64,000 nucleotides of DNA. It comes from a virus. The notes under the pieces are model-generated. The model was not told where the DNA came from. It did no database searches and saw nothing but the letters and a program-made list of their open reading frames with translations. Shown here piece by piece: positions 9,593 to 17,242 of the stretch. The DNA lies in the IMG/VR virus record IMGVR_UViG_3300044617_000796, positions 44,841 through 108,840 of that record; one strand, given 5' to 3'. The stretch's first letter is position 1. Each line of letters opens with the position of its first letter. Position numbers and translations under genes: made by a program.

Positions 9593-10191
9593 TGCAAATT
9601 CCAGACAATATGGTTAAGCATATTCAAAAAATATTTGATGGTGAATATGATGTCCCGTATGAAAATCCAAATCCAGTAATTTTAGATATCGGTGGTAATG
9701 TTGGTGGTTTTTGTTTATGGGCTAATAAAAGATGGAAGAATTCAAAAATTTATTCATACGAACCAATTAAAAAAAATTTTGAGTATTTAAAAACAAATAC
9801 AAAAGATCTTGAAAATATTATGGTTATGAATCTTGCAATAGGTTCAAAAACAGAACAAAGAAGAATGTATTATGGAGCTCACAATGTTGGTGAGTGCAGT
9901 TTTCAACATGGCGCTGAACAGATTGAAGAAGGCGAAGATGTTTCTGTTGTAGCAGCAAACCTACTCCCAAAAGCAAACATTGTGAAAATTGATACCGAAG
10001 GTGCTGAGATTGAGATATTAGAAAATATGGTTATCAAACCAGATGTTTATTTGATTGAATACCACTCAGCATATAACAGAAGAAGAATTGATAATATATT
10101 ACATGACTACACTTTGGTATCTGCAGATATTGCCCATCCAGATTACGGCATTGTAAAGTATTTCTTATCAAGTAAAATAAAATATGAATAA
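9592..10191 (+). CDS. FkbM-family SAM-dependent methyltransferase
   Basis: ILDIGGNVG, YSYEP, VKIDTEGAEIEIL. Confidence 0.9.
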   Translation: MQIPDNMVKHIQKIFDGEYDVPYENPNPVILDIGGNVGGFCLWANKRWKNSKIYSYEPIKKNFEYLKTNTKDLENIMVMNLAIGSKTEQRRMYYGAHNVGECSFQHGAEQIEEGEDVSVVAANLLPKANIVKIDTEGAEIEILENMVIKPDVYLIEYHSAYNRRRIDNILHDYTLVSADIAHPDYGIVKYFLSSKIKYE

Positions 10192-10192
10192 C

Positions 10193-10264
10193 GCCCCTTT
10201 AGCTCAGCGGTAGAGCACTTCACTTGTAATGAAGCGGTCCTCGGTTCAATTCCGAGAGGGGGCT
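10193..10264 (+). tRNA. tRNA-Thr(UGU)
   Basis: Cloverleaf GCCCCTT/GGGGGC, anticodon arm CTTCA-CTTGTAA-TGAAG, T loop TTCAATT; no encoded CCA. Confidence 0.95.
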
Positions 10265-10286
10265 CTGATATAAGGAGTAATATAAT

Positions 10287-10922
10287 ATGCCAGAACTAAA
10301 TGCAAATATTCCACCAATTGAATGCTATGTGCGTGGTAACTTTTTACGCAATCAAGTTGATAGCCATGATGTTAAATTTCCATGTGTAATTTTTGGAGTA
10401 GCATCAATACCAGATAGAGCGCCAGTGTTTCATTTCTTAATGGAAGATGGTGGTGTTTGGTGGAGAGCTCCAATAAATGCCTTTTGCTCATCCCTAGATA
10501 GCCCTGAAGTTGATCTACATGATTTGGTTATGTGGAACAGTTTTTCTTCCCACATCACAGTTACAACTTTTGAACACATGCGTGGTATGTCTATGACCTA
10601 TCTTGACAGGCGTAAAAACAAAGTTGATGGCAAATACATGTTCACACTAGATTGGCACACCCCCGATTCAAATATCGTAAACACTGGTTATTCAATTAAC
10701 CCAGGTCAGCATAAGTGTGGTCATGTAATAAACAGAAAAGATGGCAACTTTGCTATTCAGCCAAATAACAGGGTTAGACTATGGGATCCTTCTTATACAA
10801 CAAAGAAAGACGAAAGGTTGATTGAGAGATTGATCAATACAAAAGTCTGGGATGTGGAAGATGGCGATAAATGGGTGACATCAGATGATGACCGATACGA
10901 TTATGACATCATCTCTGAATAA
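10287..10922 (+). CDS. Hypothetical phage protein
   Basis: AAGGAG SD; 211-aa ORF (LNANIPPIECYVR...GNFAIQPNNRV). Confidence 0.85.
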   Translation: MPELNANIPPIECYVRGNFLRNQVDSHDVKFPCVIFGVASIPDRAPVFHFLMEDGGVWWRAPINAFCSSLDSPEVDLHDLVMWNSFSSHITVTTFEHMRGMSMTYLDRRKNKVDGKYMFTLDWHTPDSNIVNTGYSINPGQHKCGHVINRKDGNFAIQPNNRVRLWDPSYTTKKDERLIERLINTKVWDVEDGDKWVTSDDDRYDYDIISE

Positions 10923-10939
10923 TTTTGAGGGGGTGAATA

Positions 10940-11020
10940 ATGTCAAAACAAGATAAGATTACACATGCAGTGTATTTCACACTTCACGCAATTACAATTG
11001 CTATACTGTTGATCAAGTAA
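10940..11020 (+). CDS. 26-aa hydrophobic peptide
   Basis: GAGGGGGTGA SD, MSKQDKITHAVYFTLHAITIAILLIK*; below ORF-track cutoff. Confidence 0.5.
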   Translation: MSKQDKITHAVYFTLHAITIAILLIK

Positions 11021-11025
11021 TACAA

Positions 11026-11101
11026 TGGCGAGTAGCTCAGTTGGCAGAGCAAGGGACTGTTAATCCCTGGGTCGTAGGTTCAAACCCTACCTCGCCAGCC
11101 A
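11026..11101 (+). tRNA. tRNA-Asn(GUU)
   Basis: TGGCGAG/CTCGCCA acceptor stem, AGGGA-CTGTTAA-TCCCT anticodon arm, TTCAAAC, encoded CCA. Confidence 0.95.
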
Positions 11102-11658
11102 TGAACATTATAGATAATTTTATCCCAGAGATGGAGCAAAATGATTTTGAGCAATATGTTGCTACATCTCATTTTCCATACAGGCTGTACAATACCCACA
11201 TTTATTCAGATTCAGAAAATATTGCCTACGAGCACGCCCCGATGCAGTTGTCTCATTTTCTTTATGAATCTGAATCCGACCAGGCATCCCCACACCTGCC
11301 AATCATTACAAAGTTTGTAAAGCAACTTGAGAAGAAATATGGGAAGATTAAATTATTGCGGGCTAAAGTTAATTTGACTTTCCCATATCCTCCGTATATG
11401 AGATATGAACATCAAACCCCCCATATTGACTTGCAATATGATGATGGCAGCCCAGTTGATCATAAGGTGCTCCTTTACTACATCAACGACACAGATGGAC
11501 CGACTTATTTTTTTAATGATAAAAAAGAAATGAGTGACACGGTTTATCCCAAAAAAGGTCGTGCTGTGATTTTTGATGGCAGCGAAATTCACGCTGCGTC
11601 TAATCCTGTTAAGAATCCATTCAGGTTTATACTTAATGTAGACTTCAAGGTTCTATAG
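11101..11658 (+). CDS. 2OG-Fe(II) oxygenase family protein
   Basis: PHID...LYYINDTDGPT...KGRAVIFDG..HAASNP...RFILN (HxD...H...R); true start is after the tRNA. Confidence 0.88.
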   Translation: MNIIDNFIPEMEQNDFEQYVATSHFPYRLYNTHIYSDSENIAYEHAPMQLSHFLYESESDQASPHLPIITKFVKQLEKKYGKIKLLRAKVNLTFPYPPYMRYEHQTPHIDLQYDDGSPVDHKVLLYYINDTDGPTYFFNDKKEMSDTVYPKKGRAVIFDGSEIHAASNPVKNPFRFILNVDFKVL

Positions 11659-11843
11659 TGGATAAAAACAAAATGCTTAAAATGGATAAAGAAACTTTTA
11701 ACGAACTCAAGCAGCTGGAGGCGGAACGGGATAGATGGCGGGATATTGCCAACAACCTCCTCCAGGAATGGTGCGCCAACTATGGAATCAGTCGGGAACG
11801 AGCTATTGAGAAATACTTCCCCGAATTTAAGGAATTGGGATGA
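11658..11843 (+). CDS. Hypothetical protein
   Basis: 61-aa ORF overlapping both neighbours. Confidence 0.6.
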   Translation: MDKNKMLKMDKETFNELKQLEAERDRWRDIANNLLQEWCANYGISRERAIEKYFPEFKELG

Positions 11844-11983
11844 TTTGGATTTGGTGGATGACTCAGTTGACTTTCATATTCTTATCAGAGATGTTAATCC
11901 ACATACTTACAGCAATTGTTCTAATTGAGGTGTATCGTAATCGGCGGCTTATCTTACAGTGGCGCAAAACGGATAAATACTAA
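11840..11983 (+). CDS. Small hydrophobic protein
   Basis: ATGA overlap; MIWIWWMTQLTFIFLSEMLIHILTAIVLIEVY... Confidence 0.45.
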   Translation: MIWIWWMTQLTFIFLSEMLIHILTAIVLIEVYRNRRLILQWRKTDKY

Positions 11984-12016
11984 CTAAAGGATTGTTTACT
12001 TGTGGCTATTGCGAGT

Positions 12017-12262
12017 TTATAATTCTATAAAAATGCATTCACCAGGGCACTCTTCGGCGGCTTCAATAACATCTTCCAACCGATCATCGGGAAAAGATGC
12101 TAAACCAGCTGCGCCTTCGGGGTTTCCTCGGAGCTTGGAATAAACCTTCCCGCTCTCTTGGACATAGGCTAACCCATCCTCCAGCATGGTGAAAACATCG
12201 GGTGCTATCTCGGCGCACAGTCCATCTCCAGTACATAGGTCTTGGTCAATCCAAACTCTCAT
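12017..12262 (-). CDS. Single-cluster ferredoxin (3Fe-4S/4Fe-4S), actinobacterial type
   Basis: IDQDLCTGDGLC...APDVF...AAEECPGECI (CxxDxxC...CP). Confidence 0.92.
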   Translation of the reverse strand: MRVWIDQDLCTGDGLCAEIAPDVFTMLEDGLAYVQESGKVYSKLRGNPEGAAGLASFPDDRLEDVIEAAEECPGECIFIEL

Positions 12263-12660
12263 TTGCTCTTGCGCTTTGCAAGTAGGGCATCAAAGTCTTT
12301 CACCTTGGTCTCCCCCATGTATCCCCAAGCGTAGCCCTCGTCAATGAGCTGCTCGTTCAAGGACTTGGCTGCGCCATCAAGGTATACCCAACCTAAAATG
12401 CGCCCGTACTTTTCGGTGCTATCGGGAAGCTCTGTTTTTATAATAACTGTTTTGGCTGAATCTATCGCACTCTTCACTTTATTTTTAACCTCAAGCCCCA
12501 GAGCCTTCTCTCGCAGGTCTTTGGTGCGTGACTCAGGGGTGTCTATTCCAGCCAGTCGGACTCGTTGTGCGAAAGAGATATTAAAACCCAGATCAATGTC
12601 CACATCAATCGTGTCACCGTCTACTACCTTTGTTACTTTTTTGATATTATATTCGTACAT
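12259..12660 (-). CDS. Thermonuclease (SNase-like)
   Basis: VVDGDTID, RVRLAGIDTPES, KYGRILG, LNEQLIDEGYA. Confidence 0.92.
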   Translation of the reverse strand: MYEYNIKKVTKVVDGDTIDVDIDLGFNISFAQRVRLAGIDTPESRTKDLREKALGLEVKNKVKSAIDSAKTVIIKTELPDSTEKYGRILGWVYLDGAAKSLNEQLIDEGYAWGYMGETKVKDFDALLAKRKSK

Positions 12661-12691
12661 TTATCAAGTATAGCAGGTATACTATAAGACT

Positions 12692-12865
12692 ATGGCTATC
12701 TATCATTACCGCTGCCACAACCAGCACACCTACGAAGAGTCTAGAAAGATGTCTGAAGAACCTAGAGTAGTTACATGTCCTGAGTGCGACCTACCTCTGA
12801 AACAAATATTCTCCCCGCCAGGAATCAACTTCAAAGGTCATGGCTTCTACCGTAACTCTCGGTAA
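12692..12865 (+). CDS. FmdB-family zinc-ribbon protein
   Basis: MAIYHYRCHNQH...CPECD...IFSPPGINFKGHGFYRN (57 aa, manual translation). Confidence 0.88.
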   Translation: MAIYHYRCHNQHTYEESRKMSEEPRVVTCPECDLPLKQIFSPPGINFKGHGFYRNSR

Positions 12866-12919
12866 TACACCCAATCATTATTACTACCCCGCAAATTAGT
12901 ATCTGTGTATACTGATAAA

Positions 12920-13009
12920 GGCAGCGAAAGCTAACCTTAGGACCGTTATAGGTGCAGATGCCTCTGGGCTCAACCCCCAGGGGCATGTGCATGTGTAGCG
13001 GTCTTTTTT
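12920..13009 (+). ncRNA. Candidate structured small RNA (~90 nt)
   Basis: Own TG-TATACT at 12908-12913, 5' AGC-GAAA-GCT hairpin, long stem GACCGTTATA/TGTAGCGGTC enclosing ATGCCTCTGGG/CCCAGGGGCAT, ends in T6. Confidence 0.65.
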
Positions 13010-13207
13010 ATTCTCCCCCAAACTTTTATACTCCTATACCCGCCCTGAACCTTCCTATCCCAAATTTGAGTATACATTTTATGAATGTTACTTTTACTTT
13101 TAGACGCACTGGAAAATCCTGTGTTCACTAGGGTCAATCGCTGGAGTGCGATTCTGCTTAAGCAAAGAATTGTACACCAGCGATTGGGAAAGCGGATACA
13201 AAGGAAA

Positions 13208-13239
13208 TTGAATACACATTTTCTCTCAAATGCTATTGT
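13208..13239 (+). promoter_or_regulatory. Cassette 1 promoter
   Basis: TTGAAT-N20-TATTGT with TGc extension. Confidence 0.75.
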
Positions 13240-13280
13240 AATTTGTGTCAAGGCAATCCCGCCGAGACAGAGAGGACAGT

Positions 13281-13514
13281 ATGATTACTGAACACTGGAC
13301 ACGACAGAATGAGTTGCGTGAGCGTGAGCGCATGGCACTACGCTTGCTCAACCATATCCTGTCAATGACAATACCCGTTGAGGCTAATGACGATTGGTCT
13401 TGCGTCAAGTTCAACCTCAAATTAGAGGGCGGTTCCATTACCGTAATGACAGGCGCACAATATCACCCGTCATGCAATATGTACGAGGTCATGGAATACG
13501 AGGTACAGCGATGA
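13281..13514 (+). CDS. Cassette 1 gene a, hypothetical
   Basis: GAGG SD after 5' stem-loop; MITEHWTRQ... Confidence 0.75.
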   Translation: MITEHWTRQNELRERERMALRLLNHILSMTIPVEANDDWSCVKFNLKLEGGSITVMTGAQYHPSCNMYEVMEYEVQR

Positions 13515-13603
13515 AGTACCTACCACGCATTGGCTTCGGCATTGTGATTGGTTGCTTGGTTCTGATGATTGTTCAGACCATCGCCCACGCCTTTACAATG
13601 TGA
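13511..13603 (+). CDS. Cassette 1 gene b, 30-aa single-TM peptide
   Basis: GAGGT SD, ATGA overlap, MKYLPRIGFGIVIGCLVLMIVQTIAHAFTM*. Confidence 0.65.
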   Translation: MKYLPRIGFGIVIGCLVLMIVQTIAHAFTM

Positions 13604-13607
13604 GCCC

Positions 13608-13652
13608 GAACCCCGAATGCCTCCCCCCTGAGGCATTCGGGGTTCTTTTTTT
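13608..13652 (+). terminator. Intrinsic terminator T1
   Basis: GAACCCCGAATGCCTC/GAGGCATTCGGGGTTC plus T-run. Confidence 0.9.
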
Positions 13653-13791
13653 GTCCCTGCACCCGCCCTATCGCATGTCTGTTCCAATGAACTTTAATAC
13701 ACTCACAACACACATGCGATCGGGTGGTGGGCAAGGGCGCTTCAGCATTGCAATTGCACACCAACTGTTGAGGATCAGAGCATGAACGAGA

Positions 13792-13823
13792 TTGAATACA
13801 CATTTTTCCTCACATGGTATGTT
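13792..13823 (+). promoter_or_regulatory. Cassette 2 promoter
   Basis: TTGAAT-N20-TATGTT, TGg extension. Confidence 0.8.
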
Positions 13824-13868
13824 TATTGTTATCGGAACACACCTAACCCCGATGAAAGGACAAAGACC

Positions 13869-14177
13869 ATGAGTGAAAGAATATGTTCATATCATAGTTG
13901 GAACTACTTGTATGAAGTGCACCCAAGCGGTAAGTACTTCATTGCATACCAGTTCAGTTACGACAATAAAGAGAGACAAGTTATTGCCGTAGTTGACCGC
14001 TATGTAACAGATGACAAGTGGGCTGCTATGCGTTGGTGCAGGGCACAGTATGACCTTGAGGTTGAACCTTGGGACAGAAGTGCTGAAGCCAACGAGATTA
14101 GGGAGAGTGCAAGGGTTGCCTTGCATGAACTCCACGAGTTGGAGAAAGAACAGGACAGGTATCGTATCTACGGGTGA
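13869..14177 (+). CDS. Cassette 2 gene, hypothetical
   Basis: AAGGA SD; MSERICSYH... Confidence 0.75.
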   Translation: MSERICSYHSWNYLYEVHPSGKYFIAYQFSYDNKERQVIAVVDRYVTDDKWAAMRWCRAQYDLEVEPWDRSAEANEIRESARVALHELHELEKEQDRYRIYG

Positions 14178-14182
14178 TACCA

Positions 14183-14210
14183 TCTCCCCTCGCCTTTGGG
14201 CGGGGGGAGA
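14183..14210 (+). terminator. GC-rich hairpin T2 (no U-tract)
   Basis: TCTCCCCTCGCC-TTTG-GGCGGGGGGAGA; nearly identical to T6. Confidence 0.65.
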
Positions 14211-14342
14211 ACCCCGACCTAATTGCGAACGATCATACATGTTTTTTAATACACATTCTCACAAGAAAAAATCATTGGTGTGCGGAGCTGCTTCAGCGAA
14301 AGATTTGTGCACCAACGAATAGGGCACATGCTCTCAACAGCG

Positions 14343-14374
14343 TTTAATACACATTTTTTACAAGATGGTATGTT
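14343..14374 (+). promoter_or_regulatory. Cassette 3 promoter
   Basis: TTTAAT-N20-TATGTT, TGg extension. Confidence 0.8.
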
Positions 14375-14420
14375 TATTTATGTCAAGGACACTCCCTAAC
14401 ACCTTGACAGGGAGATAGCA

Positions 14421-14612
14421 ATGAAAAAGCGGACAGAAGTTAGTCCAAACCACCCAGTCGCAAGACTGACACTGGAACAACAATTCATGGTTGTTGCAGG
14501 CGCACTCAATCGTGCTACCCAGCAGGGCAACACGAAAGGCATTCAGGGCTTGGCAATGATGCTCAAGGGTTACGAGGAAGCAATAGCCAAGAAGAACCAA
14601 GAAGCCAAGTAA
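14421..14612 (+). CDS. Cassette 3 gene, hypothetical
   Basis: GGAGATAGCA-ATG. Confidence 0.8.
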   Translation: MKKRTEVSPNHPVARLTLEQQFMVVAGALNRATQQGNTKGIQGLAMMLKGYEEAIAKKNQEAK

Positions 14613-14629
14613 TACCCTAATCCCCCCAG

Positions 14630-14665
14630 TCCCCTCAAGCCGAAAGGCTTGGGGGGATTTTTTTT
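14630..14665 (+). terminator. Intrinsic terminator T3
   Basis: TCCCCTCAAGCC-GAAA-GGCTTGGGGGGA plus T8. Confidence 0.9.
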
Positions 14666-14803
14666 GCCTAAACACCAGCGTTCTCACATGACCATACCCT
14701 TTATCTTTAATACACATTCTCATCACACAAGAACGGTGGTGTGCAAAGCTGCTTCAGCAAAAGATTTGTACGCCAACGAATGAGGTACACACTATCAACT
14801 CTC

Positions 14804-14835
14804 TTTAATACACATTTTCCATCAGATGGTATGGT
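14804..14835 (+). promoter_or_regulatory. Cassette 4 promoter
   Basis: TTTAAT-N20-TATGGT, TGg extension. Confidence 0.75.
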
Positions 14836-14879
14836 TATCTTGTTCCTAGCAATCCCGCTAGGACAGATTGGAGATAGCA

Positions 14880-15101
14880 ATGAAAATTATGGTTACTATC
14901 CAAACCCCGACTTGCCCCGAATGCGGGCATTGGGGCGAGATCCAAATGACCCGTGATGAATGGGAGTTTGGCAAGACGGCTAGTTGGCAGGGCGAACTCA
15001 TTCAGAATTGTTTCCCTACCCTTACCCCAGCCCAGCGTGAGCAACTCATGAATGGCTACCATTCAGAGTGTTGGGATAAGATGTTTGCGAGTGCAGAATG
15101 A
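14880..15101 (+). CDS. Cassette 4 gene a, small Zn-binding protein
   Basis: GGAGATAGCA-ATG; CPEC...IQNCFPTLTPAQREQLMNGYHSECWDKMF. Confidence 0.8.
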   Translation: MKIMVTIQTPTCPECGHWGEIQMTRDEWEFGKTASWQGELIQNCFPTLTPAQREQLMNGYHSECWDKMFASAE

Positions 15102-15337
15102 GCCCGCAATTACTGGAGACTATCCTCCACGCCGTAGCAGACCTACGGATACCCAAGACTGACGGGGTAATCATTGAGGCTCTCAAGATACCCCGTGAGA
15201 TATTCCAGCAAGACGGTGTAGAGTGCCGTAAATACAAGCGGAGTGTTGAGCATCAGATACGCACTCACCCCGCTATCAAGCCAGTACTTGTCTGGTGGAC
15301 AGTACACGGTGACTGCTACTTGACAAGAGCAGACTGA
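15098..15337 (+). CDS. Cassette 4 gene b, hypothetical
   Basis: ATGA overlap with gene a; stop just before terminator. Confidence 0.7.
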   Translation: MSPQLLETILHAVADLRIPKTDGVIIEALKIPREIFQQDGVECRKYKRSVEHQIRTHPAIKPVLVWWTVHGDCYLTRAD

Positions 15338-15342
15338 AACTT

Positions 15343-15376
15343 CCCCCTCGTGCCTTCGGGTGCGAGGGGGTTTTTT
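15343..15376 (+). terminator. Intrinsic terminator T4
   Basis: CCCCTCGTGCC-TTCG-GGTGCGAGGGG plus T6. Confidence 0.9.
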
Positions 15377-15516
15377 CATGTCCAACACCAGTCTTTCCGT
15401 ATGCCATTGCCCATTGTCTTGAATACACATTCTCATACGAAAAAAAGAATGGTGTACGGAGCTGCTTCAGCAAAAGCTTTGTGCACCAGCCGAAGGGGTA
15501 CACACTCTCAACTACA

Positions 15517-15548
15517 TTGAATACACATTTTTCATGATATGTTATGTT
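15517..15548 (+). promoter_or_regulatory. Cassette 5 promoter
   Basis: TTGAAT-N20-TATGTT, TGt extension. Confidence 0.8.
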
Positions 15549-15595
15549 TATTCATGTCAGCGATTATCCTAACCCCGCTGGCAAGGAGAAAGCAA

Positions 15596-15853
15596 ATGAA
15601 ACGAGTACCTAAAGGCTCTGTCAAGGTAATGAAGCGTGGGCGCAGTAAGTTCCATGACCCGTACCTTGCCAAGTGCGTCAAGGCAGTAAGCAACACTTAT
15701 GATATTGTTGCAACACAAAGGGCAGTACCGAACACGATAGCCAACAAAAACCGTGTTCGTTCCCGCATTATGAGCCTTGCAGGAAACAAAAAACTTGGCG
15801 TGAATTGGTACGCTGAGGGCAAACTTGTAGTGCCAGTAATCACCAAGAAATAA
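15596..15853 (+). CDS. Cassette 5 gene, basic RGR-motif protein (distant paralogue of cassette 7/8 genes)
   Basis: AAGGAGA SD; KRGRSKFHDPYL...NKNRVRSRI...GVNWYAEGKLVV. Confidence 0.8.
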   Translation: MKRVPKGSVKVMKRGRSKFHDPYLAKCVKAVSNTYDIVATQRAVPNTIANKNRVRSRIMSLAGNKKLGVNWYAEGKLVVPVITKK

Positions 15854-15869
15854 GGTCGCTTCTCCAGCG

Positions 15870-15903
15870 AACCCCCAAGCCTACGGGCTTGGGGGTTTTT
15901 TTT
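15870..15903 (+). terminator. Intrinsic terminator T5
   Basis: AACCCCCAAGCC-TACG-GGCTTGGGGGTT plus T-run. Confidence 0.9.
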
Positions 15904-16044
15904 GTGCCTGAACGCCAGCGCCATAGCAAAGTCATAACCAGTTGGTTGAGCACATGTTCTCTCTCTTGATATGTCGTTGGCGTGCGGATTGGGTTTACCA
16001 AACAATTTGAACGACAACGAAAAGGGTACAGGGTCTCAACGGCA

Positions 16045-16076
16045 TTGAATACACATTTTTGATGACATGGTATGTT
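16045..16076 (+). promoter_or_regulatory. Cassette 6 promoter
   Basis: TTGAAT-N20-TATGTT, TGg extension. Confidence 0.8.
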
Positions 16077-16122
16077 TATAGATGTCAAGGACATTCCATA
16101 CCCCCTTGACAAGGAGATAGCA

Positions 16123-16389
16123 ATGACACACCTACCCGAACACCCAAGAGCACTCACGATTGCTCATGAGGATGTTGTCAAAGTTGCCTTGCAACTGAAA
16201 GACAACCTCATCACCAGAGGCGAGATGAATGCTCAGATGCTCAGCATTGTGGTTGGCATGAAAGTTGCCCTGCGCCAAGAGTTCATTGGCGAAGTGCAGG
16301 ACAAGTTGAGCGACATTGAGCAACTGTTCACAGATGTTCAAGGCTCAATTGAGGAAATGGATTACCTCACACTCTTCCAACCAGAGTGA
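16123..16389 (+). CDS. Cassette 6 gene, helical/coiled-coil hypothetical
   Basis: AAGGAGATAGCA-ATG; MTHLPEHP... Confidence 0.8.
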   Translation: MTHLPEHPRALTIAHEDVVKVALQLKDNLITRGEMNAQMLSIVVGMKVALRQEFIGEVQDKLSDIEQLFTDVQGSIEEMDYLTLFQPE

Positions 16390-16404
16390 TTGTTCCTTCC
16401 CCCG

Positions 16405-16439
16405 CTCCCCTCGCCTTCGGGCGGGGGGAGTTTTTTTTT
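16405..16439 (+). terminator. Intrinsic terminator T6
   Basis: CTCCCCTCGCC-TTCG-GGCGGGGGGAG plus T9. Confidence 0.9.
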
Positions 16440-16578
16440 GCCTGAACTCCAACTTTTCCCATATGCCATGTCTCTTTGCTTGAGTACACATTCTCACACT
16501 GGAAAAAAAGCTGGTGGGCGGATCTGCTTTAGCAAAAGATTTGCACTCCAGCCAATGAGGAAGCGAAACGAAACCAGG

Positions 16579-16610
16579 TTGAATACATATTTTTAGCGTA
16601 ATGCTATATT
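16579..16610 (+). promoter_or_regulatory. Cassette 7 promoter
   Basis: TTGAAT-N20-TATATT, TGc extension. Confidence 0.8.
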
Positions 16611-16676
16611 TATCTCATGCCAAAGCGATTAGGCTGAGGCAACACACTGCGGTGTGTATAACCAAGGAGATAAGCA

Positions 16677-16988
16677 ATGCCAAAGGTAAACCTAAGCGAC
16701 CTCAAAGGTCAGTTATCATCTCGTGGGCGAGCCCCGTATGACAACCCTGAACTTGAGGCTGAAATCAAGAGCCTTGACCCAGCCATTGATGGTGATGCAA
16801 CCATCTATGAGGGCAGTCAAGGAGACCCATCAAGCGAGGACTACACGAACCACAAAGCAATGTGGCGTGGGCGTGCCGAGACAATTGCCGACAAGAACGG
16901 CATTGCCATCAGCGTGCAGTGGCTCACCACTGGTCAGATGGTTATCTCGCTTGCCAAGCCTGCAAAGGGCAAGAGCAAGCGCAAGTAA
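16677..16988 (+). CDS. Cassette 7 gene, RGR-motif protein (possible DNA binding)
   Basis: AAGGAGA SD; clear paralogue of 17309..17614. Confidence 0.85.
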   Translation: MPKVNLSDLKGQLSSRGRAPYDNPELEAEIKSLDPAIDGDATIYEGSQGDPSSEDYTNHKAMWRGRAETIADKNGIAISVQWLTTGQMVISLAKPAKGKSKRK

Positions 16989-17010
16989 CCGCATCTCCTG
17001 CGGTTAGTAT

Positions 17011-17045
17011 AGAACCCCCGTACTTCGGTACGGGGGTTCTTTTTT
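17011..17045 (+). terminator. Intrinsic terminator T7
   Basis: AGAACCCCCGTAC-TTCG-GTACGGGGGTTCT plus T-run. Confidence 0.92.
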
Positions 17046-17210
17046 GCTGGCGTTCATCCCGTGCTGAAGCACAATGAACGCCAGCTTTGCGACACATGCC
17101 ATTCTCTCATTTTTAGTACAGATTCTCAATCCCATTCCCTGGCGGGCGTGCGATTGCGCTTTAGCGATGCAATTGCACACCCGCTGTTGGGGTACCAATA
17201 CGAAACCGAA

Positions 17211-17242
17211 TTGAATACATATTTTCACCATAATGGTATGTT
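17211..17242 (+). promoter_or_regulatory. Cassette 8 promoter
   Basis: TTGAAT-N20-TATGTT, TGg extension. Confidence 0.8.

Noticed and set aside
11041-11100. N-terminal extension of the oxygenase ORF
   Set aside because: It lies entirely inside tRNA-Asn.
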